Assembly: GCF_030028105.1 (NCBI RefSeq)
Contig: NC_092376.1
Coordinates: 160,982,212 to 161,046,211, forward strand
Length of the DNA stretch: 64,000 bases
Direction of reading: 5' to 3'
From: Mobula birostris
Lineage: Eukaryota
The position numbers and the translations under genes are program-made. Numbering within the stretch: the stretch's first letter is position 1; each line of letters starts with the position of its first letter. Positions 1 through 12,073 of the stretch are shown here, piece after piece. The notes beneath the pieces were generated by a model. The model worked only from the letters and a program-made list of their open reading frames with translations. It had not been told where the DNA came from and did not search any database.

Positions 1-791
1 TTGGGTTGTTAGATTATATTTATATCTATTAAAAAAAAATAGATCAGGATATTACATTTGCAATCCTCTGTCATTCTACTCCACCCCATTTTGGAAGGAA
101 GAATCCATATCCACCCCCAAAGACCCTTTGCAAATTTGATTCTGATCTTCCTCAATAACCTGTGAAGCATCCTGTCTGATTCTGGTGATTTCTCGGAGAC
201 AAGTAACTTTCTAAATACTTTCACTTAATCTGTTTTGTCACATCTAGTACATATATTACCTGGTGCTAACATGCATGGTTCTATATGTATTTTACTTGGG
301 CTTTTCTGATATCTTGTTTCTCAGTATAGACAGACTAAAATGCTCATGTCGGTATGTTGTTTTATCATGATTCGGGTTCCTCAGTTCCATCACAAAGAAC
401 CATCAACCTGGCTTTTTTTAAAGGAATAATAGTGAAGCTATCAGTACTCACTTTTTTACAAGAGAAAAATCAAAGATGCAGAAATTGGGTTTATCTGTAT
501 ATGCATTAATGTCAGAAATTGCAGTCTTATTTTCACATTTACCTCTTTGTGACATTCAGTATTAAAAAGAGAAAGGAAGTAGAACTGCATAATTTTCCTA
601 CTAAAGATCCACAAATCAGAACAGATCAGTCAGGAGTAAGCGGATTTTTAATGGTGTGGTAAGCATTATTTACAATTGAACTAAATCTGTTGTTGAAAAT
701 CTGTGTGTAAATGCATAAAGTTGCATTCTTTCAGATTCTGAATCTAGAGATTCAAATAAAATAAATCCTTCATTTAATGATAAATCCTTCA

Positions 792-872
792 TCTCGGCCC
801 GAAACGTCAACAGTTTATTCATTACCATGAATGCTGCCTGACCTGCTGAGTTCCTCCAGCATTTTCTGTTGC
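792..872 (+). mobile_element. PLE terminal fragment beginning inside the hammerhead motif
   Basis: TCTCGGCCCGAAACGTCAAC...GCTGCCTGACCTGCTGAGTTCCTCCAGC. Confidence 0.75.
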
Positions 873-2890
873 TTCTTTAGTTAATGTTTTTTTCCCTCTC
901 TTTTATTCCTTTATTACAATACTTCACTTACATACATGACATTGCACTCAATATGATGTCCTCATTTCCTGGATTAAACATTGCATGTCTCAATAGGGGT
1001 TGTTTAAACTGATTCCTTTAAGAGACATATTGTTGCTTTAAACTTTAAAGTTTATCAACTTATCCCTCAAGTACTCTAAACTTTGGTGCAAAAGCTCTCA
1101 AAAAGTGTGGAGGTGTATATACATTTTATAAATGCTTATTTTGCCACTTACTGCAAAAATTTTCATATTAATTTTCAGTATTTTACAGATACCCTTGGAA
1201 AAGGATAATTATTTCTGCTCTATTGAAATAGATTAATTTCTTCAATATAATTTTGTTACAATTCTTTTCACTTTTATATGTGAAGTGAGAATCGACTGAT
1301 AACTGGCAGAGAGCTAAATTTGCAGAGAAAAAAATCTGATTCACTCCAAGAAACTGGGCAACAGTGCCAATTTAATTAGCATTAAACAGGTCACAAAGGA
1401 GTACAACACTTATCTGAAGCTAGGCAGAACCCTGCTGATTTACTGCTGGCAATATAAAGCATTGTTTCTCCTCTGCCTTTTCTTGATTTGGATGTACAAG
1501 TGTTATGTCTGTGCTTTCCTTTATGGTTAACATACTGAGCACTTCTTTAGCTGTATGTTGTGTCACCACTGCTCTTGCCCACAAAAGAAATAATTGGGTC
1601 ATTCCCCTGCCAATCACAACTGGAGACCTCACAGCTATAAATAAATGAGATTGCTTGGGAGCATGTAACTTCGAGGTAACTCCTCTCCAATTATGTGACT
1701 TCGGATCTTAACCAATATTTAAATTGGGAGACCACTAATATCTTTGGTCATAAGGCTCTTTTTAAATAGACTCTGTACAAAGACTTAGCTAGCTTTGGGT
1801 CAATAGAAAGGTTGCATTCTCTACAGATAAATGCCTGGGAGAAGAATAACTGCATGAATTGGCCGGACTGTACAAGTGAAGTGACATTGAGTGTGTTACA
1901 TTTGTTCATGAAGTGAAGGCAATAATACATCATGAAAGAATGAATCTGTTCACCCAAAACTGCAGTAGAGACAACTCCACGACAATGCTGTGAATTGAGC
2001 AATTTTTTTCCTGCTGAGAGACATTTTCTGTGATGTAAGAAATGATTGTTCAAACAAGAGCCCTCAATAGATTAAGTAAATACATTGCAGGATTTGAGGA
2101 GTTATTTGTAAAATATTAAATCAGCACTGAACTGAAATCACACAGAAACAATTAAAGGGAAAAACTGGACTATTTTCCAATCAATATCATATTTCCATTT
2201 AGCTCTTTTGCTGTAAGATCTGAAAAATAAATTCAGTAGCTGAGCAATAAATATTATAAAGGCCTCATTTTAATACAAGAACTTAAGATCTACAAGAAAA
2301 TAAGCAATTTCACAGTATTTCTTTTTTTCCCCTCTTTTTATGGTACTTTGATACAGTTAAAGCACAAAAAAGGCTGTGAAATATCCTAGACTGCAACAAG
2401 ATTATGTAAATTTGTTTTGAGTTAAGCACTAAAAGTTGGCTCCCTTATAATTAGATTGAACTGAAATTTGCACATTTAGCTCAAAATACTCTCGGTGCAA
2501 ACAATGATGTGCTCCCATCCCAAGGGAGTTTATTTTTATGAAAAGATCATTTCATACAAACAGAGTGACGTCCTTTTTAATTTATTATCATAATGTAAAC
2601 AGTGCAGAAATCCTCGAAGATTTCAACACAATACACATTATTATTTGATGCACACATCTTAGTTTATTTCCATCCCATCCATCCAAACAAAACATTTATC
2701 TAACTGTTTATATCCCAAAGAATTGTCTTGAAGATGAAGGATTCACTTTGTGATGTCATTTGTTTAACGATGAAAAAGGCAATCAGATTACTGAACTGGA
2801 TTTTCAAATTCAAAACTATAAATAAAACCTGATGCTGTTGATGCTTTAAAAAGAGCTTCAAATAATCAAATTATGTCCATACTATCATTT

Positions 2891-3035
2891 ACAACACACA
2901 CAAAATGCTGGAGGAGCTCAATAGGTCAGGCAGCACCCATAGAGATACACGAACAATTGACCTTTTGTGCTGAGACCTGAAGAAGGCCCCTGCCCAAATC
3001 ATGGACTGTTTGAAGAAGGATCTCTGCCAGAAAGA
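2891..3035 (-). mobile_element. Degenerate PLE terminal or fold-back fragment
   Basis: CAACACACACAAAATGCTGGAGGAGCTCAATAGGTCAGGCAGCA followed by decayed CTGAAGAAGG motifs. Confidence 0.6.
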
Positions 3036-3098
3036 GAGAGGGAAGCAAAAACCTAAGATGATTCATTGACTTTACTTAACTCTCCTCAGTCCAGTTAG

Positions 3099-3298
3099 TG
3101 TGGCAATATCACGTGCAATAATGTACCAGTACATCACTGGACAGGGCACTGAGCAAGCGCGGGATTGTCAGAATGTTCCAGCACGTGGCTGGGTTAAGAC
3201 GTGTTTGTTTATTACTGTAAATAAAAGTTCTCTAATTCTTCCAGAATATGATTCTTTACTGTTAACCCACCGTACGTTTAAACAGAGGTAACATAACA
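3099..3298 (+). repeat. 5' LTR of Gypsy element
   Basis: TGTGGCAATATCACGTG...GTAACATAACA, direct repeat of 10329-10526, contains AATAAA. Confidence 0.95.
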
Positions 3299-3307
3299 TG
3301 GTGTCAG
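3299..3307 (+). promoter_or_regulatory. Primer binding site, probably tRNA-Leu
   Basis: TGGTGTCAG directly after the 5' LTR, complementary to a tRNA 3' end ...CUGACACCA; match is only 9 nt. Confidence 0.7.
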
Positions 3308-3471
3308 CCCTCGTTCTGGAAGAATAATACTGGAGAATCGAGAATCAAAGATAATCAAAAAAAAGAAGAAAAAATTTCAACCTGTAAGCGGTAAAATGGA
3401 AAGTTTACAACCCCCACCAAAACAAAAATATTCCAGGGTTCCGATGTTTCAGATGTGATTGAGGCAAAGGA

Positions 3472-5286
3472 ATGAAAGGTGGGGGAGTAGCATTGCTGGT
3501 TAGGGAAAATATTACAGCAGTGCTCAGGCAGGACAGATTAGAGGGCTTGTCTACTGAGTCCTTATGGGTGGAGCTGAGAAACAGGAAAGGTATGGCCACA
3601 TTAGTGGGATTGTATTACAGACCACCCAATAGTCAACGAGACTTGGAAGAGCAAATCTGCAGAGAGATAGCAGGCAACTGCAGGAAACATAAAGTTGTGG
3701 TGGTAGGGGATTTTAATTTTCCATACATTGATTGGGACTCCCATACTGTTAGGGGTCTAGATGGTTTAGAGTTTGTAAAATGTGTTCAGGAAAGTTTTCT
3801 AAATCAATATATAGAGGGACCAACTAGAGGGGATGCAATATTGGATCTCCTGTTAGGAAACGAATTAGGGCAAGTGACGAAAGTCTGTGCAGGGGAGCAC
3901 TTTGGTTCCAGTGATCATAACACCATTAGTTTCAATTTGATCATGGACAAGGATAGATCTGGTCCTAGGGTTGAGGTTCTGAACTGGAAGAAGGCCAAAT
4001 TTGAAGAAATGAGAAAGGATCTAAAAGGCATGGTTTGGGACAGGTTGTTCTCTGGCAAAGATGTGATTGGTAGGTGGGAAGCCTTCAAAGGGGAAATTTT
4101 GGGAGTGCGGAGTTTGTATGTTCCTGTCAGGATTAAAGGCAAATTGAATAGGAATAAGGAACCTTGGTTCTCAAGGGATATTGCAACTCTAATAAAGAAG
4201 AAGAGGGAATTGTATGAAATCTATAGGAAACAGGGGGTAAATCAGGTGCTTGAGGAGTATAAGAAGTGCAAGAAAATACTTAAGAAAGAAATCAGGAGGA
4301 CTAAAAGAAGACATGAGGTTGCCTTGGCAGTCAAAGTGAAGGAGAATCCAAAGAGATTTTACAAGTATATTAAGAGCAAAAGGATTGTAAGGGATAAAAT
4401 TGGTCCTCTTGAAGATCAGAGTGGTCGGCTTTGTGCGGAACCAAAGGAAATGGGGGAGATCTTAAATAGGTTTTTTGCGTCTGTATTTACTACGGAAGCT
4501 GGCATGAAATCTATGGAATTGAGGGAATCAAGTAGTGAGACCATGGAAACTGTACAGATTGAAAAGGAGGAGGTGCTTGCTGTCTTGAGGAAAATTAAAG
4601 TGGATAAATCCCCGGGACCTGACAGAGTGTTCCCTTGGACCTTGAAGGAGACTAGTGTTGAAATTGCGGGGGCCCTGGAAGAAATATTTAAAATGTCGCT
4701 GTCTGCGGGTGAAGTGCCGGAGGATTGGAGAGTGGCTCATGTTGTTCCGTTGTTTAAAAAAGGATCGAAAAGTAATCCGGGAAATTATAGGCCGGTGAGT
4801 TTAACGTCAGTAGTAGGTAAGTTATTGGAGGGAGTACTAAGAGACAGAACCTACAAGCATTTGGATAGACAGGGGCTTATTAGGGAGAGTCAACATGGCT
4901 TTGTGCGTGGTAGGTCATGTTTGACCAATCTGTTGGAGTTTTTCGAGGAGGTTACCAGGAAAGTGGATGAAGGGAAGGCAGTGGATATTGTCTACATGGA
5001 CTTCAGTAAGGCCTTTGACAAGGTCCCGCATGGGAGGTTAGTTAGGAAAATTCGGTCGCTAGGTATACATGGAGAGGTGGTAAATTGGATTAGACATTGG
5101 CTCGATGGAAGAAGCCAGAGAGTGGTGGTAGAGAATTGCTTCTCTGAGTGGAGGCCTGTGACTAGTGGTGTGCCACAGGGATCAGCGCTGGGTCCATTGT
5201 TATTTGTCATCTATATCAATGATCTGGATGATAATGTGGTAAATTGGATCAGCAAGTTTGCTGATGATACAAAGATTGGACAGTGA
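3472..5286 (+). pseudogene. CR1 ORF2 part 1 (endonuclease and reverse transcriptase)
   Basis: 604-aa ORF: [53 protein letters not shown]; in-frame TGA at 3460 upstream and frameshift at about 5280. Confidence 0.93.
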
Positions 5287-5989
5287 GGAAGGTTTTCAGA
5301 GCCTGCAGAGGGACTTGGACCAGCTGGAAAAATGGGCTGAAAAATGGCAGATGGAGTTTAATACTGACAAGTGTGAAGTATTGCACGTTGGAAGGACAAA
5401 CCAACGTAGAACATACAGGGTTAATGGTAAGGCACTGAGGAGTGTAGTGGAACAGAGGGATCTGGGAATACAGATACAAAATTCCCTAAAAGTGTTGTCA
5501 CAGGTAGATAGAGTCGTAAAGAGAGCTTTTGGTACATTGGCCTTTATTAATCGAAGTATTGAGTATAAGAGCTGGAATGTTATGATGAGGTTGTATAAGG
5601 CATTGGTGAGGCCGAATCTGGAGTATTGTGTTCAGTTTTGGTCACCAAATTACAGGAAGGATATAAATAAGGTTGAAAGAGTGCAGAGAAGGTTTACAAG
5701 GATGTTGCCGGGACTTGAGAAACTCAGTTACAGAGAAAGGTTGAATAGGTTAGGACTTTATTCCCTGGAGCGTAGAAGAATGAGGGGAGATTTGATAGAG
5801 GTATATAAAATTATCATGGGTATAGATAGAGTGAATGCAAGCAGGCTTTTTCCACTGAGGCAAGGGGAGAAAAAAACCAGAGGACATGGGTTAAGAGTGA
5901 GGGGGGAAAAGTTTAAAGGGAACATTAGGGGGGCTTCTTCACACAGAGAGTGGTGGGAGTATGGAATGAGCTGCCAGATGAGGTGGTAA
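5258..5989 (+). pseudogene. CR1 ORF2 part 2 (RT thumb and C-terminal domain)
   Basis: LQRDLDQLEKWAEKWQMEFN, RDLG, LVRPNLEYCVQFWSP, LERRRMRGDLIEVYK; second frameshift at the G-run near 5930. Confidence 0.9.
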
Positions 5990-6163
5990 ATGCGGGTTCT
6001 TTTTTAACATTTAAGAATAAATTGGACAGATACATGGATGGGAGGTGTATGGAGGGATATGGTCCGTGTGCAGGTCAGTGGGACTAGGCAGAAAATGGTT
6101 CGACACAGCCAAGAAGGGCCAAACGGCCTGTTTCTGTCCTGTAGTTTCTATGGTTTCTATGGT

Positions 6164-6900
6164 TTCAGCTGGCTGGCAATGAAGCTGAGAATTGGAGGAC
6201 ATTCAAGCAACAGATTGAACTGTACTTATTGGCGATCGATTATGAAGAGAAATCGGGAAAAAACAAAGCTGCACTTTTGCTCCATGTAATCGGGAATGAA
6301 GCAGCAGAGGTATATAAAAAATTTGTCTTTGAAGATGGAGATAATTTCAATTTAAAGTCAATAATGGACAGATTCGAAGTATTTTGTATACACAAGTGTA
6401 ATTTAACATATGAGTGATATAAATTCTTCAAATGTGCGCAGAGAGCCGCTGAAACAATTGATCAGTATGTTACTGAGTTAAGAAAGCATAGTAGAACATG
6501 TGAGTTTGGACTGCTCGTGGACTCTCTCATTGAAGATAGACTTGTTTGTGGCATTTGAGGTAATGTTCTGACAGAAAGGCTGTTGAGAGAGCAAGATTTA
6601 AATTTTGAAAAAGCTTTGGCGCTTTGCAAAGCTTCTGAGACCGTGACGTTGCAGGCTGAAGAGCTTTTTGTCGAAAACTGCAATGTAAATGCTGTAAAAA
6701 AGCGCGAATAATCAAGAAATATAATAATACGTTGACGAAACCAACAAAGAGCAAGATGGCATTAGAAAGAAAAAAGTCATGTGATCACTGCGCGAATCAG
6801 TGTTCCACGTATGGCAAAATTTGCAATGGCTGCGGTAAGATTAATCATTTTTCACACTTTTGTAAAAGTAGAAAGGAGGAAAATAAAATAAAACAAGTAA
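6164..6900 (+). pseudogene. gag: Gypsy gag remnant (N-terminal 9 codons lie at 3396-3423, before the CR1 insert)
   Basis: QLAGNEAENWRTFKQQIELYLLAIDYEEK...ALLLHVIG; zinc knuckle CNGCGKINHFSHFC; internal stops. Confidence 0.85.
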
Positions 6901-7208
6901 ATGGTGTGCTTGAAGATGAACGTGAGGAAGTTTATATAGATGTGCTTTGTGAAAATAAACAAAGTAAGAATGACTGGACTATTCTGTTGCAAGTGAGTCA
7001 AAACAATATTCTATTTGAACTTGATACTGGAGTGCAAGTAAATGTTCTTGCAGAATCTGAGTTCAATGCTTTAAAGCCAAGACCGAAGTTACATCAGACA
7101 AATATAAAAGTGAACAACAGGAATTCTGCAGATGCTGGAAATTCAAGCAACACACATCAAAGTTGCTGGTGAACGCAGCAGGCCAGGCAGCATCTCTAGG
7201 AAGAGGTA

Positions 7209-7246
7209 CAGTCGACGTTTCAGGCCAAGACCCTTCGTCAGCACTA
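7209..7246 (-). ncRNA. Minimal type I hammerhead ribozyme motif (one stem I mismatch)
   Basis: Reverse strand TAGTG CTGACGA A GGGT CTTG GCCT GAAAC GTC GACTG. Confidence 0.65.
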
Positions 7247-7294
7247 ATTGAAGGAAGAGTTAGCAAGAGATCTCTTACTAACTCTTCCTTCAAT

Positions 7295-7332
7295 TAGTCC
7301 TGACGAAGGGTCTCGGCCTGAAAAGTCGACTG
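7295..7332 (+). ncRNA. Minimal type I hammerhead ribozyme motif (stem III mutated)
   Basis: TAGTC CTGACGA A GGGT CTCG GCCT GAAA A GTC GACTG. Confidence 0.65.
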
Positions 7333-10315
7333 TATCTCTTCCTAGAGATGCTGCCTGGCCTGCTGCATTCACCAGCAACTTTGAAATATAAAGGTGACTG
7401 GGTATTCAGGTGCAGACATTCCAGTTAAAGGAACATGTGTGGCAAAGGTATCACACAAAAATATTGTGCACACGCTTTCATTTGTGGTTGTGCCAAAAAA
7501 TGTACAGTCAAATCTGGGTTTATTTGCCTGTGAAAGACTTAATTTGGTGAAAAGAATTTTAGTCCTGGTTAGCAACACAAAGTTAGAATACAGTGGCCTG
7601 ATGAAAGAGTATGAAGACTTGTTTAAAGGGCTTGGTTGTCTTCCAGGAGAGCACGATTAAAATTGACAATTCAGTGCAACCCGTAATACATCCATGCAGA
7701 AAAGTACCTTTTGCATCACGTCATCAACTGAAAACAGAGCTAGAAAGAATGGAAAGGCTAGAAGTCATAAAAAAAATTGATGAACCAACTGAATGGGTCA
7801 ACTCGCTTGTCATAATAAAAATGGAAAACTGCGGGTTTGTTTAGATCCAAGAGACTTGAATCGGGCCATTAAAAGAGAGCATTTCAAACTGCCTACTCAT
7901 GAAGGAATTATGTCACAGTTTGCTAATGCAAAGTATTTTAGTAAATTAGATGCATCCTCCGGATTCTGGCAACTCAAATTAGATGAACCGAGTTCAAAAT
8001 TGTGTACCTTTAACACTCCTATTGCCAGATATTGTTTTCTTAAGTTTCCTTTTGGAATTGCATTAGCTCCTGAAGTGTACCATAAAACTATTCACATGCT
8101 ATATGAGCACATTGAGGGCGTAGCTACATCCTTGGATGATGATATTATTCGGGGATCGACTAAATAAGAGCATGATGCCAGGTTCAGACAAGTTTTTGAG
8201 GCAACACGCAAGGCAAACCTGAAATTGAATAAAGACAAATGTCAGCTAGGAGTAACTGAACTTACATTTGTGGGTGATTTCATCAGCAAAGAGGGTGTGC
8301 GTCCTGATCCATTGAAGGTTTCTGCTATTGAGAACATGCCAAGACTGCAATGTGGAAAGGATGTTCAGAGGTTTATGGGAATGGTTAACTATATGGGAAA
8401 ATTTATACCCAATCTCTCGGAACAGCTTGCTCCATTGAGACAGCTAACAGAAAAGAGAAATGAATGGAGCTGGAACCATGAACAGGAGAAGGCATGGCAA
8501 AATCTCAAGGAAGTACTCACAAAAGAACCTGTGTTGAAATTCTATGACGCTGAGAGACCCATCAAAATCTCATGTGATGCATCTCAAGCAGGCTTAGGGG
8601 CAGTATTACTCCAGAAACATGATCAGGAATGGCTACCAGCGGCAGGTACGTCTCGTTCATTATCTGATCCAGAAACAAGGTATGTCCAAATTGAAAAAGA
8701 ATTGCTCAGCATTATGTTTGCTTGTGAGAGATTTCATCAGTTTGTGTCAGGGCAATCTATTGATGTTGAAACCGATCATAAGCTGTTTATTGCATTGTTT
8801 AACAAACCTTTAAGCGACTGTCCTTTGCGAATTCAGCCAATGATGATCAAATTGCAAAGATATGCATTGAATGTGTCAAACACACCTGGAAAATTCATGT
8901 ACACGGCTGACACACTTTCCAGAGCTGTGGATCTGACAACAAAAGGCAGTCACAAAAACGTTATTGATGTTCAGGTATTCATTGATATGGTCATAGAAAC
9001 TGTACCTATTGCTCCCAAAAAGTTGGAACTGCTGTGTCTGGAGACAGAGAAGGACAAAATTCTCAATCAGGTAATACAAGTGGTGTTGGATGGATGGCCA
9101 GATAGTAGGCATAACTGTACCTCAGAAGTACAAGATTATTGGAACCACAGATCAGAACTGTCTGTTGTGGATGGGACATTGTACAAAGGTAGTAGAATTG
9201 TTCTAGCTAAAAGTTTCCGTAAAGAAATGCTTGATAAAATTCATGAAGGCCACCTAGGCATTTAAAAATGTAAGCGAAGGGCATGGGAAGTGATGTTTTG
9301 GCCCAGGATGAATCAAGAAATTGCAGGATTGGGGTCTCCTTGTCAAATATGCCTTAAATACCAGCCTAGCAACCGTAAGGAGCCACTGCATTCACACCTG
9401 AATCCTCAGAGACCTTATCAGAAGGTAGGTGTTGATCTTTTTATAACTAACAACAAAGACTATCTATTAATAACAGATTACTACTCATTGTATCCTGAAG
9501 TGTGTTGTCTGGGCAGAACGACTGCAGAAAATGCAATTACATGCATGAAATTGTTTTTTTCAAGACATGGTGCACCTGATGAAGTTTTCACAGACAATGG
9601 TCCACAATTCAGTAGTGAATGCATGAAACATTTTGCTCATGAATGGGGCTTTGGTCATACAACATCTTTGTTCATACAACATCTAGTCCATTTTTCCCTC
9701 AGTCTAATGGATTAGTTGAGAAATCGGTAGGAATTGTCAAGAAACTGCTGCATAAAGCAAAAGATAGTGGAAGTGATTTTTATAAAGCCTTGTTAGCCTA
9801 CTGCAGTACTCCACTTGAATGTGGATTTTCCCCTGCTCGGCTCTTGATGGGACGACGTTTGAGATCTAATCTGCCAATGGATGAGAGCCTTCTGAGAGCA
9901 GAGGAAGGTGAACAAGTGAAAAGGAGGAGAGATGAACACAAAGCAAAGCAGAAAATTTACTTTGATAGACATTCTCGTCCATTAGCTGAACTGCATCAGG
10001 GAGATGAAGTGAGGATACAAGACAAAATGAACACATGGACACAGAAAGCTACAGCACTTGAAGAAGTACAACCCAGATCATACATGGTCCAAACAGAGGA
10101 GGGAACAGTGGTAAGAAGAAATCGCAAAGACCTCAAGAAAGATCCAACTTCAGAGATTCAGTTAACTGATGCAGACAAGACAAAACATGTAAATAATAAC
10201 AAGGAAACACAAGATCTGTGTGTACCACTTAGAAGGTCTACTTGTGTTCGTAAACACACAGACTTGTTGAATTATGTAGTTGCTTTGATTAACGTTGTTA
10301 ATTGTTTTTCTTTTT

Positions 10316-10328
10316 AAGGAAAGGAAGA
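10316..10328 (+). promoter_or_regulatory. Polypurine tract
   Basis: AAGGAAAGGAAGA immediately before the 3' LTR, preceded by a T-run. Confidence 0.85.
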
Positions 10329-10526
10329 TGTGGTGATATCACGTGTATATGTGCCAGTACATGATTGGACAGAGCTCTGAGCATACGCGGAATTGCCAGA
10401 ATGGTCCAGCACATGGCTGGGTTAAGATGTGTTTGTTTACTACTGTAAACAAAAGTTCTCTAATTCTTCCAGAATATGAGTCTTTACTGTTAACCCATGG
10501 TACATTTAAACAGAAGTAACAGAACA
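10329..10526 (+). repeat. 3' LTR of Gypsy element
   Basis: TGTGGTGATATCACGTG...GTAACAGAACA; about 23 substitutions plus a 2-nt indel versus the 5' LTR (hand count). Confidence 0.95.
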
Positions 10527-12073
10527 GTTAGTAACTGCTTCCTATATGTATAAAATACAGGAAATCATAGAGAAATGGGAATATTGAAGGTAAATTGAGA
10601 AACTACAGAAAAGAAACAGGACATTAACAATTGTGATGTACTACTTTAGTGAACAGTTAAGTGCTTGGCCATAAATCAATGCTGTATTAATATAACAAAA
10701 GAGCAATTAGTCAATTCATGAACCACTAACTGACCAGAGTTGGATGAGTAATCAATTTAATAAGTTGTTTAAGTTGTCCCTTTACCATTCCACATTATTT
10801 TTTATTCATTCAGTTCTTACGAAAGCTGCTTAAACCTGAATTCTCACAACTGGCATCTGGAGATTTAAAAAGTTGGAAGAGGGAAACATATGCTTTTTTT
10901 AAGAGTACATCTCACACCAGACTGAATTTTTAATTAAAAGCTGACTTATATTGTGAAGTCTTTAATTAGAAGTGTATTACTGGAGTATTTATGCTGAGGC
11001 ACACAGCAGCAACATAAAATGAGTGCATAAATTGAAGAAAAAATTCTCCGTTCATGTACTTTGCAAATAAACAGATGCATGAGTTGTAGCAGTTAATTAT
11101 TGCTGCCTGTTGTAACATTTAATCTCTAAAGCTGTTGCAGAGTATACTACAATGGCAAAGTGAAAAATCTGTGTCATATTACTTGCCAGCATGGGGATTT
11201 TAGTTGATATGATGTTAAATAACTAAAGCACTTTTCTTTCCAGTGGGAAGCAACAGATGCGAGCATAAAGTAAATCAAAAATTATTGTAACTTCATATGA
11301 CCATGAGAGTCACAATAGTGTTGATTTCTAAATATTTAAACAGAATGATTTTGGAAGCAGACCCTCTTGTGAAGTAGCTTAATGCAAGGTGTGAGAAATC
11401 AACAGATATCTGTATCTAAGTATGTTCCTAGCAGCAGAATGGGCAAAAGCACTGTATGAAGGAGAATTAAATGTTGGTCCCTAGTTTATACTACATTTGC
11501 TGCTATCGTGCAGAGTGATAATTTGGAACACAGCTCAGATTTAAGTCTCAAGCTAACAGGAAGAAATGAACAAGATCTTCTTGTACAGTGATGCCAACAA
11601 TTTTTCTAGTAACGTGCCAACAAGATAGCCTCATGGACAATGCTCTAGTCTGGTCCCAGTAGTTCTGTGTAGTCACATCCAACCATGGATCACTGTCCAG
11701 GCCAGACAGTGGAAGTCACCACTATTGACACAGCTTAATGAATCATTGTCGTAGGAAGGAGGGAACGTCGTCAGGATAAATAAACTTAAATTAAAGCTCA
11801 ATTCAGCTCCCCTTCTCCAAAAGGGAACTGTCAGACCAGCGTACAAAGTATGAGGCCAAGAGACTGAGGGAAGCAAGGAATCAGAGAGAGAGTATCATGG
11901 TTGAAAAGATCAGGAGTCCAGGAAAGTAGTCGCAAATAATTACTGGAATGAAGAATCGGAATATTATTGTCACATTTACTGAGATACAATGACATTATCT
12001 TCCATACTGTTCATACAGACCAAAATAATTACACAGTGCATTGAAGTAGAACCAGTTAAAACAATAACAGCCC

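Larger units (their letters stand above)
3424..6163 (+). mobile_element. CR1-clade LINE, 5'-truncated, relatively young, inserted in Gypsy gag
   Basis: APE endonuclease C-terminal half plus RT; 3' tail (TTTCTATGG)2 at 6145-6162; removing it restores gag in frame. Confidence 0.95.
7114..7383. mobile_element. Penelope-derived fold-back mini-element in the Gypsy protease region
   Basis: Arms 7157-7270 and 7271-7384 form a near-perfect spacerless palindrome; 14-bp TSD AAATATAAAAGTGA (7100-7113) / AAATATAAAGGTGA (7384-7397); same family as the PLE terminus at 54547-54665. Confidence 0.9.
6901..10317 (+). pseudogene. pol: Gypsy pol remnant (protease, RT, RNase H, integrase)
   Basis: FELDTG protease (6732..7172, resuming 7394..7660); LRVCLDPRDLN, KLDASSGFWQ, SLDD RT (7793..8167); CDASQAGLGAVL, EKELL, ETDHK RNase H (8225..9265); GVDLF, TDNGPQF, SNGLVE integrase (9290..10317). 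Confidence 0.92.
3099..10526 (+). mobile_element. Ty3/Gypsy LTR retrotransposon (Mag-like), full length but inactivated, with two nested insertions
   Basis: Two TG...CA LTRs (3099-3298, 10329-10526); 5-bp TSD GTTAG at 3094-3098 and 10527-10531; PBS and PPT present; domain order gag(CCHC)-PR-RT-RNaseH-IN; multiple stops and frameshifts. Confidence 0.95.

Noticed and set aside
3472-5989. Intact, active RT gene
   Set aside because: 5'-truncated within the endonuclease, in-frame TGA at 3460, frameshifts near 5280 and 5930.
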